Shown piece after piece: positions 55,250-64,000 of a DNA stretch of 64,000 bases; the first letter of the stretch is position 1, and each line of letters opens with the position of its first letter. Under the pieces are notes generated by a model that made no database searches, was not told where the DNA came from, and saw only the letters and a list, made by a program, of their open reading frames with translations. Source of the DNA: Paramoeba atlantica (Eukaryota > Protista > Discosea); NCBI GenBank assembly GCA_977017575.1, contig CDRNVI010000055.1, forward strand, positions 124,001 to 188,000, given 5' to 3'. The translations under genes and the position numbers were made by a program.

Positions 55250-55700
55250 AAAGATGAGTATCGACGAACCTCTGCCGCCCCTAGCCTCCATATGCTCCGC
55301 TCCTATCAACACCTGCAAGGATATTCCAAACAGTTGCCGACAAGCATGGGCCAAAATATTCTGCGAATGTCTATCCTCAGCTGTCCGGGAAAACACGACT
55401 GAGGCTTGGACGCTCCTTGCAATGTTGCCAAAGTGTGTGTTGCCGGCCCCAAGGCGCGGAGGTCATAGGGCGAAAACTTTTTACGCTTCACACGTCCGGA
55501 AATGTCTAGCTAAATGGTCGTCAAAACAATATCTATCACTTTGGAACGAAACATGTAAGACTTTGAAGCGTAAGAAACGTGCTGCGCAAGCAACAGGAAG
55601 TTTAAAGGAAAAATGTGGTCCCCGCGTGGGTTACCCGTTCGCAAAAATTATTTCATGTGCGGGAATAATTTCTTCGTGTTCGCGTGTAGACAAAGAATAG
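55250..55700 (+). pseudogene. Pre-RT fragment of another RLE non-LTR family
   Basis: DIPNSCRQAW...AWTLLAMLPKCVLPAPRRGG resembles the pre-RT region of CRE-like elements; short and truncated. Confidence 0.55.
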
Positions 55701-55839
55701 TGACAAAGAACACTACATAAGAAAAAGGTCTGTTTCAAAGTAAACTTCGTAGCCTGACATCTTCGTCTTCTTTTCTTCGTCTGACGCAATCGTCTCAAAA
55801 GGCGAGTTCACTTTCTTTTCTGTCCCGTGATATGTATTT

Positions 55840-56560
55840 CCTAAGTTGTGAGTACGCCACTGCACCATTCAGCTCCTGTAACAATACCTGGAACTCTGAT
55901 TTGATTTGTTGTCTCTGACTTCCGCTAGCGTCCGCAAGTGCTGAGAGCAGGGATTGCGTGTTCGTGTGCATCGCGCCTCCTGACAGGATGGGGATACATT
56001 GAAAGGAGCTTTTTTCCAGATTTCACGTATGTGTCGTGTTTGCGCTTGGAGGCCTCTCGAAACAGCTGGGCGCATTTCGTCGCAAGATTGGAGGGAGCGA
56101 GTTCATGTACAACGGTTAGGTCGTAATATATTTCCCCACTTGCCCAATAGATAACGAGATCTGGCCCGGACCGACGGAAAGATCTGCCTCCACATGCTCG
56201 TTCGTGGGTCCGTTTGTGGTTTGGTTCAACCATCTCGTTGCATTGCGTGCAACGGAGGGTGGAAAAAGTTCGAGGCTCCTTTTCACACGGAATGCCGGTT
56301 TTTAAACACAGTTCGTATAAGAAGTTGACCAGGGTGTTGTGCTTTACCGTTGCGTTTAAACCAGCGCATTTTGAGCATCCTGTAATATGACGTATCATGT
56401 TGTCAGAATTCAGAAGAATTTTGCACCCTGGACAAATAATATGGGAGGGCGAATCCGGATGTGCAATTCCAAGTCCAAATCCAAAAAAAAAAAATCCAAG
56501 TCTCGGCAATTCCAAGTCTCGGCATTATGGCAAGTCGGAAGAGGTGGGGTGGAATTAATT
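55840..56560 (-). pseudogene. CRE-like RLE C-terminal fragment
   Basis: LAIMPRLG, CPGC...HITGC, GPDLV...YDLTV; frameshifted. Confidence 0.8.
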
Positions 56561-56587
56561 TTGTGTCCGACGGTACCCACTCGCTGT

Positions 56588-57288
56588 TTCCTGGATGTGT
56601 GCGATGCTCAGGAACCAACAGCACCACGAAGCACAATGCACTGGCCAGATACATATATGATTTATGTCAAAAGGCCGGCATTCCATGTGGACGAGAACCT
56701 AGGGAGTTCTCCGCTTACATATGCTCAATATGCAATTCAGAAGTCGAGGAGGAGAGGGAGTCGCAGCACTCGAAGGTTTGTCACGGCAGCACTTTCCGAA
56801 GATCAGGACCCGACCTCGTAATATATTGGGCTACAGGCCCGATATTCTACGATTTAACAGTAGTACACGATCTTGCTCCATCTATGAAATCGATGTCAGT
56901 GCAGAAGGCGTTCCGCGATGCTATCACACGCAAGGAAACCAGGTACGTAGCGTCGAAACTGATTCCGAAAGAGCAATTCAAATGCCTCCCGGTCCTCTCG
57001 AGCGGGGCGATGCACCCAAATACTAAAGAAGTGTTGCAAATTTTGGCGGAGAAATGTGGACGTGAACAGCAATCCATACAAAGGGACTTCACACTCCACC
57101 TTCAAGAAATAAACGGCGCAATCTGTCTCTCCCAGCTCAGGAAATATGTCGCACAAGAGGACGGGGACAATATTTCCTTCTGATTCTAGGTAGAACGGCG
57201 AACTAGGGGAGATTTAAGAAAAATTAGGGTAGGATAAATTTAGGGTAGGATAAATTAGGGCAGGATAAATTAGGGTAGGAAAAAAAAA
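56588..57288 (+). mobile_element. 5'-truncated, nearly identical copy of the 3' end of the 21040-24360 CRE element
   Basis: Matches 23660-24360 with two substitutions seen by eye, including the TTAGGG-repeat UTR and poly(A). Confidence 0.92.
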
Positions 57289-59616
57289 GTCGAGACGCAA
57301 GAGGAGGAAAGAGTAAAGAGAAATGGGAAACGGTTTCCTTTGAATGCTACTTTCTCGAGTATTTTGGACATGTCCGATGTGCCGCTTGTCAATTTCTTCC
57401 AGGTTCTAGAGTGTATCTGGGCTGCCGTAGTTGTTGTGCCATTATACTTGTGTGCTGCTGGTCGTGGGCGCTTTGTATTTCGAGGTTGTCGGTCCGAGCT
57501 GAGTTGTTCACTTGTTGCTCAAGAACCGAGTACCTGGATGATTCATATGCTGCCCTTCTTGTCGTTGCGCATGCTGTTAATCCTAAGCCCCCTTTCTTCG
57601 TTGGCATGCGTATTAGCGACATTTGTTCTTCATTTAATTCTCCGAACCACGATTCGACCACTTTCTCAGTTTCCGTGTCAAAGCCCTCCGCTGAATTTTC
57701 GGAGGCGGCGGGATTGTGAACACGCATATGATATGTTTGTCTTACATTGACACACTTGGAGAGAATCTTGCATGACAGGTTGCTAGGGCCCATGCGCTTG
57801 AGTCGACGGAATATGTCATTGTGTTTCTCCAGCGACTTCGACAAACATTGACTCACAACTTTATCATCTCCAACGAACGCTCCCAGTACTTTGAACGCCT
57901 CGTCTTCCCCAGTGACTCCCGCGTCTCGAAGTGCGTGTGGCATACGCTTTTTCCGTTTCCACCGAACCATATGCATTTGTGGCTCGCCACAAATAAGCTT
58001 TGATGCGTCAGTAGCTCGCGGAGGTATAGGAAAGCATCTGTCAACTCTTCGGGGTTGTGAGAAGCTAGTGTGATGTCGTCAACATAGGCATTTATTTTAA
58101 CTTTCGGATACTTTGCCGCCAGAGTTTCCAACACTGGTTGAAGCAACGTGCAGAAGTACACCGTCGAAAGGGTCGAGCCTTGTCTTACTCCGTTCGTACT
58201 TAGAATAGTACCGACGTGCTTGCCTTCGTGACCGTAATAGAGAAGTTCTGAAGGAGCTGCGTACTCGGCATGAAAGAATCTTTGGAATGGTCGAAGTGTC
58301 GCCAATCCGTAAACTGCTCTGGCCAGGTCATTTCTTGATGGGGCGTTGAACGCGTTCTTGGCGTCGATTGACATGATACATGAACCTTCCTTGTATAGGG
58401 AGTTCAATGTATGTACAACCCTTTCGCAGCCGGACTTCGCCATCACTCCTTGTTGTATCGGAGCGAAAAGTGGTTGGAGAGTGAATTCGAAACGTTGCAC
58501 CAAAACCAAACCTGCTAGTTTCATTATCACTTCCCCAACTGCCATTGGACGGACACCCCCATTGGTCTTGGGTATTACAATGAGTCTTGATCTCGTTAAC
58601 CGCCGCATTACGTCTTTTGAGAGAAAGCCATTCACAAGGTCCATGAGCATATGACAGAAATTCGCACAACAGACGGGATCATCTATCAGGATACGGACGA
58701 TCGTGTCTGTCATTCCCGTGGGCCCCGGGCTGGCTCCCTTGGCGAGGCGTAACCCGGCGGAACGTAACTCAGTGGGATGCAGACCACCGAGAATCGGAGC
58801 GTCTCTGGGAAGATCGAATTCATAAGAGCTTTGCGGGTGGAGGTCTTGGAGTTTTTGTAAAGTTTCTTCGTCCGAAAGTTGATGTGCAGCGAACTTACGA
58901 TCTAGTATTTGCGTTGCTTTTTTCGTGGACCCCTCTATCATTAGTCGAGTTGCTTTTTTAATGGCCCGTTTATCGGTCTTTTCTTCCTTGGATTCTTCGT
59001 TCTCGCAAGTGTTCATTTCACAGCTCACAGGCCGTCGACGGCTTCTTCGGATACCAGCTCGTTGAATATCCGCGAGGGAAGTCTTCATCGCTGACAGGAC
59101 ACTGTGCCAAATTTTGTGTCTCTCGGGGTATGAATTTTGAATGTATTCGCTCATGATTTCACGAAACGTTGCTATAACTCCTGGTATTGATTCGGGTTTT
59201 ATGACTCGTGCTGTCGGAATAGGTGTGTGATCCAAGTCATCGTCACTCCACTCTAGGACCGGTAGAGCGGCTGGCACTGGCGAGGCAACGTTTTCAGGCT
59301 CGGTGGGTGACTTGGGTGTCGGAGGTGCAGTGTGCCAGTACAACTTGTAGATTCTGACGGTGTCATGAGAGGGGATAGTTCCTGAGAATTCTTGGTCGGG
59401 TTTATGGCCTACGACTCCCGTGTACTGAATTGACAGTTTGCCGAAGCCTTTTCTTTTGTAAATGCTGGTTACTCTCCCGATCGAGACGTTCATCCGTTCT
59501 TGATTGTCGAAGGCCCACGCAACAGTGCACATGGTGCCCTTTTTGATGCTTTGTGATGCGTTCCAAATTTCCGTGGCAGGAACCGGATATTGAAGCTGCA
59601 GGAACCGGATATTGAA

Positions 59617-60111
59617 CCCAGCTTCCCGAGCTAACTCACCCGGCGTCGCATAACAAGACGCTAAAGAACTAGGGTGAGCACAACGAAGACAATATGGATG
59701 ACACTACCCGGTGCCAGTAAAACGAGGCACTAAATAATTAGGGTGGATGTCATTCTGGCAACGTAGAATGGGTGGCACCGCCCGGTACCGAATATAACAA
59801 GGTACTAAGAAACTAGGGTGGGTGCCATTCGGGCTAATCTTCGGAATGTATTTGTGTTTTTTTTTTATCCACCCTCAAAAGATAGAGTGGTTTTTTTTGG
59901 TCAAGGGGCGCCTTATTTGCATTACCTAAGGTGCAGGGGTATAGCGCACCCCACCTCCCTAGCTGTAACCTAACTCCTCTCCAAGCGGAGGTCAGCCATA
60001 GCAAGCTACGGCTGGCTCTCCGGATACGTCGCAAGACGTATTCGGACTGCCCGTTTGGGGAGTTGAGGGGCCATAACTTTTCGGAGTCAAAAGGCCCAAT
60101 ACATCATCATC
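59617..60111 (+). mobile_element. Short non-coding retroposon with three tandem structured motifs and a (CAT)n tail
   Basis: 11-bp TSD ATTGAAGCTGC at 59589-59599 and 60112-60122; tail ACATCATCATC. Confidence 0.88.
59635..59827 (+). ncRNA. Three tandem copies of an unidentified structured RNA motif
   Basis: Copies at 59635-59678, 59698-59753 and 59773-59827 with compensatory changes in both stems; further copies at 18741-18801(+), 32221-32277(-) and 31049-31075(-, partial). Confidence 0.6.
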
Positions 60112-61652
60112 ATTGAAGCTGCGGGGAGAGTTGCGATAGTGATTCGCAAATCTCATTGGAGTCAACTTGCTCGGCGAATATGACTGTCTGAGCTGAATTG
60201 CAGTTGCGGCTCTCTGGATCAGTACAATTTGCCGATTCACTACTTTGTTCTTGAGTTGGTACGGTTGGCTCCGTCTTTGAATTGTTAATTTCGTCAACAT
60301 CGTTGGCTTCTAAACTCGTATCCAAAATTTGGTCCTTTAGTGTTTCGAAGGGGAGTGGGAGAGGACTGGGAAGCTCGTTAGGCTCGCCTTGCGGGCCTCT
60401 GTTTGACTTCGAGAGTATGCTATTTGAGATTTCAACCTCATGGGTCGAGTGGCGAGTTCCGTCGAATGGGGTCGAAAGAGAGGGGGATTCGCAATCGTAG
60501 AAGTTATCTCCCGTTGCATTTGCGTCTGGCTCTGTTTCCTGTGGGTGTTTCGGTGAGCACGTCTCGCTGTCATTGTTGTATGTAATGCGTACACGATTGT
60601 CACGCAATTACGCGACAGCCTACCAAAGGCCGCATGGCTAGGTTCTATCAATTCGTAGACCTACACAGCTGAAAGTTTTGATTGATTGATTGATCGATTG
60701 ATGTAAACTTGAAAGAGTAATTTTGGTTCCGTCATAGTCAGATGACGAAGTAAAAAATGTATTTGATAGTTTACGAGAGGAAATTTAGACGAGAACAAAT
60801 ACGAATTTGAAAAGACTCCTTTTTCTCGAATGGCCCTACGAGGCACATAATCTCTGAATATATCTAAATATAGGATGCTCCTTTGTTGTCTTCGTATCAT
60901 TGTTTATCGAAGCGCGTGGGTGTAGTGTGTGTTGTCGGTGTTTCCTTCTGTTTCGTTGTCGGCGTTTCAACGTTATTCGTCCTCACTGTTTCAACCTCGG
61001 GCGCGCCGGAAAAGATATCGAATCCGCGGACGTCATGAAACCATCCGTCTCCGTGGTTGGAATATCCGTTAACATATGCTTGCGCACCGAGCTAAACTGA
61101 ATTACGAAAACGTGCGACATGCTCTTCAACTAGAAATTGAAAAGATGTCAGCATACACAGTCGTAACTCAACTGCGAGAGTACATCCCAACGGAGAACTG
61201 GATGGGAGGCCTTCGGCTTTAGAGAGCTCCAGGAAATTCTTCAACCGTGGCGATATCTTTCTTTCCTTTCGACCATTCTCTTCCTATCATTTCGGAATCT
61301 TTCGATTAGCTTCGAAAGACCGGGAAAAGAACCCTCCAGTGCGTTTTTATGGTTTACGGTTTACGATTGGTTTACGGTAATTGAAGCATTTATATGTAGA
61401 ATAAGAAGTATGCATGCTGAACGAACTATTTATAAACGAAAAGGGGGTTATAAACAAAAAGGGGGTTATAAACAGCCAAATTAGATTTATGCACTCGTGA
61501 TTGCGCGCTCCGAATTAAAAAAAAGCGTCAAAGACATTAACATATTGACTTTTCGGTGGGCTCTCATTTGTATTCGACAATAGTATTCCTTGGAGGGTCA
61601 GATTCCTTGGAGGGTTTCTTCAGATTCCTTGGAAGGTCAGATTCCTTGGAGG

Positions 61653-61669
61653 GTTTCTGTACCTTGTTG
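61653..61669 (+). other. Spliced-leader exon remnant (3' 17 nt)
   Basis: GTTTCTGTACCTTGTTG, 33 nt upstream of ATG 61703. Confidence 0.7.
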
Positions 61670-61702
61670 AATTCTTTTTACTACTTTGCTTTTCTTTCTT
61701 TT

Positions 61703-63230
61703 ATGTCAGAACCTCCCCCGAGGGCGGCGCAAGGCACGCCGTCGCATCAGCAGCAGAACACTGCAGCAGTGAGGTCCACTGGCGTAAAGGAGCACAACTT
61801 GAACTTTACGGAACAAGCGAATAGACACGAGATTGGATCATGGGACCAGTTTGAGGCAAACAAGAAACTCATCCAAGACGCTAGCACGTACGACGACCTC
61901 ATGTACACAACCCCCATTCCACAGCATATTCCCCTCAACTGGCAAAAGAAGATGGAACACAAAGCGCAAAGCATCGAGAAAAACCCAACGTCAGACCACG
62001 GCCGCCACAACGCGAAAGACGAGGAAACCGCTTTTGCCAGTGTTCGGAGAAATGAAATTCTACGAAGAAGTCAAACTGGAGAGTCATCCTTGAAAATTAA
62101 GATCAGAAAAGAGACACGACTGAAGAAAACTCCGAAAAAGGTAAAAGTGATACTCCGTAGCTCTGATCTAACGAAGGCGAACCTCGGACAAGCGGACATG
62201 TCACATGACGAAGGATCGGAGAGCTCATCTGCATCAGGATCAGACATCTCGGAGGACGATCGGGTGCCCGAGGTCGCCGAAGAAACAATGAAAGCTCCGG
62301 ACCAAATACTAAAGATAATCAAAGACTGGGGAAAAGGAACTACTTGCGAGCTACATTGGAAATTCCGCCACAGCAGTGAGATTTATCAGTCGATTGGAGA
62401 AGTTGTTACGCGACATTCTAGAAAAGGTGCAATCAGGGTAAAGATTTCCTACACACCGCAGCATCAGCCAGGTCCATCAGGATTTCTATATCTACCTGCA
62501 TCTCACAAGATTAACATCTTCCGATTACGGGTGGTAAAGCTCAACCGTATTGTGACACAAACGCCATTTTTGGATATCGAAGAAACACAAGATTGCGACA
62601 CGGGCTGCGACTTAGAGCCTCTTCCCCCACTCGCCCACATCGACCCCACGTTCGCCGCTCACGTCATAGCAATCTTTAGATCAATCCTGCGAGGATATCC
62701 CACGCTCAAGCTTATAACAGAGAAAACATCCGTCTGGCACAAGTTTCTAAACGCACCCCGCGACTCACTCACCACTGTGCGACAAGCGATCCAGCGGAAG
62801 TATCATGTGCCAAACAAACTGCGCAACGAGGAGCCGGCGTTCTCCTCAGCTGACGAAAAACTTGAACGTGAAGTCGACCGCCGATCAATCCGCAGTGCGC
62901 TTCGAACGGCTAGGGCTGGTAACCTAAGCAAAGCTACGCGTATCCTCGACAACGTATATTTTGACTCGAACCTTAGAGTTGAGGAGAAAGTAGCGAAGCT
63001 CAAGAGTCTACATCCCGATGGAGAGCGCCCACAAGCTCAGACGGGCGCAGACCCCCGAACAGGAATCATCGAAAAACACGAACTTCGGGCCGCGATAGAG
63101 AAACTGGCTCCGGGAGCTTCCCCGGGCCCTACGGGATTGAGTGAAGCCATGTTGCGCCTACTTGCGGATGACGAGGAATCCAGCACCGCGCTCTGCCATA
63201 TGTTACGTGATGTAGTGAACGGGGACATAC
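61703..63230 (+). pseudogene. CRE-type polyprotein N-terminus with an Ataxin-2/Pbp1 LsmAD-like domain
   Basis: WDQFEANKKL...STYDDLMYTT.I...DEETAFASVRR at ~61841-62049. Confidence 0.75.
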
Positions 63231-63994
63231 ATTTTTTTTGCATGGTTTTCTACTTCTGACTTGGATTTTCAGAACAAAAGAAAATTGTCTACCCAGGCCA
63301 ATCCAATGTCCCGGACAATGCGATTTGAAACTCGCTGTGCAATAGCCGGGGCCCATGACCATCCCATGGGCATGGAAGAAAATTGAATACTGCATGTTTC
63401 TCCTCTAGCGTGACCTAAAACCGCTCCAAAGTAGGATCGGATCTCGGGAGCGAGGGAAAATTGGTAAAAGTAACTCCGTGCGTCCGCGTGAGCCATCCAT
63501 TCCGAATCTAGCAGATTTTCAATCACGTTATGTATGGATGGTAGGTGCATTGCGGGGGGGCATTCGAAAACTCGGTTGAGTTTCCTACAATCGCAGATTA
63601 GACGAAGTGTGGAGTCTTTCTTCGGAACTGTAAAGGTACGATGTACTACTATCGGTCCTTCGGTCTTCTCTACAACCCCCATGCGTAATAAGTCTGGTAA
63701 ATGATGTCTCATAAATCGAGACACTGGTCGATTGCCTTTAGGTGCACGCAGCATGTGCGCGTGAAAGGCGTTGACGTTCTGTAGTAGATGTAAAAAGTCT
63801 AGGCTGCCATCGTCATTCATATTGTTAAGTATAGAATATGACAGTCTTGTGGTTGTGATAGGAGCTATTATTCCCTGATTTTTGTACGCTCGCACGCTCG
63901 GTGGTCGGGTGAGCTGCCCGCGAGACATAGACTGATTGTTTGTGTCTTCAATTTTCTTCGTTGCAATGTTAGCAATGTCCGTTGAATTATGCAC
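63230..63994 (-). pseudogene. RT fragment of YR retrotransposon #7 (family D, related to family C)
   Basis: FTVPKKDSTLRLICDCR, ADARSYFYQF, MPMGWSWAP, WVDN; stop at 63269-63271, after which the frame continues KSKSEVENH. Confidence 0.8.
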
Positions 63995-64000
63995 GTAGAT

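Larger units (their letters stand above)
57389..60607 (-). pseudogene. CRE-like polyprotein, fragmented (frameshift ~57960; SINE-like insert at 59617-60111)
   Basis: GGVRPMAVGE, DAKNAFNA, GVRQGSTLS, NAYVDD, KKGGLG; N-terminal region colinear with 46131..49712. Confidence 0.85.
61653..63230 (+). mobile_element. 5' part of a CRE-like element beginning with an SL remnant and encoding an LsmAD-like domain
   Basis: GTTTCTGTACCTTGTTG at 61653-61669; ATG at 61703; pre-RT motifs LKSLHP and LAPGASPGPTG shared with the other CRE copies; 3'-truncated at ~63230. Confidence 0.8.

Noticed and set aside
60610-61580. Possible coding remnants, (GATT)n tract and short tandem repeats
   Set aside because: No recognisable motif, TSD or boundary; left unannotated.
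1-64000. Prokaryotic RT systems (retron, DGR, group II intron) or a phage integrase locus
   Set aside because: The RTs are DIRS/VIPER, CRE, NeSL and RTE types with poly(A) or microsatellite tails, TSDs and SL remnants; no prokaryotic gene context.

Overview
This window is almost entirely a nested transposable-element cluster from a eukaryote, most likely a kinetoplastid or other euglenozoan. The evidence for the host is three copies of a sequence matching the 3' half of the kinetoplastid spliced leader (SL), each at the 5' end of a retroelement. I found no host housekeeping gene, rRNA, tRNA or CRISPR array. Contents: (1) seven tyrosine-recombinase (VIPER/TATE/Ngaro-like) retrotransposon copies with gag-like, YR and RT-RNaseH ORFs, several with recoverable A1...B1-A2-linker-B2 split direct repeats; (2) CRE/SLACS-like and NeSL/R2-like non-LTR elements with restriction-like endonucleases, one with an intact 1578-aa ORF; (3) two RTE-like non-LTR elements that also encode RNase H; (4) one hAT-like DNA transposon; (5) five short non-coding retroposons. 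Target-site duplications reconstruct up to three levels of nesting. The most interesting observations are: a covarying ~50-nt structured RNA motif in six copies (three in tandem) that matches no ribozyme I know; an Ataxin-2/Pbp1 LsmAD-like domain on an SL-capped CRE element; a conserved -1 frameshift signal next to an in-frame gag stop, suggesting Gag, Gag-RT and Gag-YR come from one mRNA; a C-rich linker shared by three split repeats; a hAT-like element with a 4-5 bp TSD; and a Mer3/HFM1-type zinc motif shared between two unrelated retroelement clades. All alignments and folds were done by eye with no database search, so family names are motif-based and junction coordinates may be off by a few bases.
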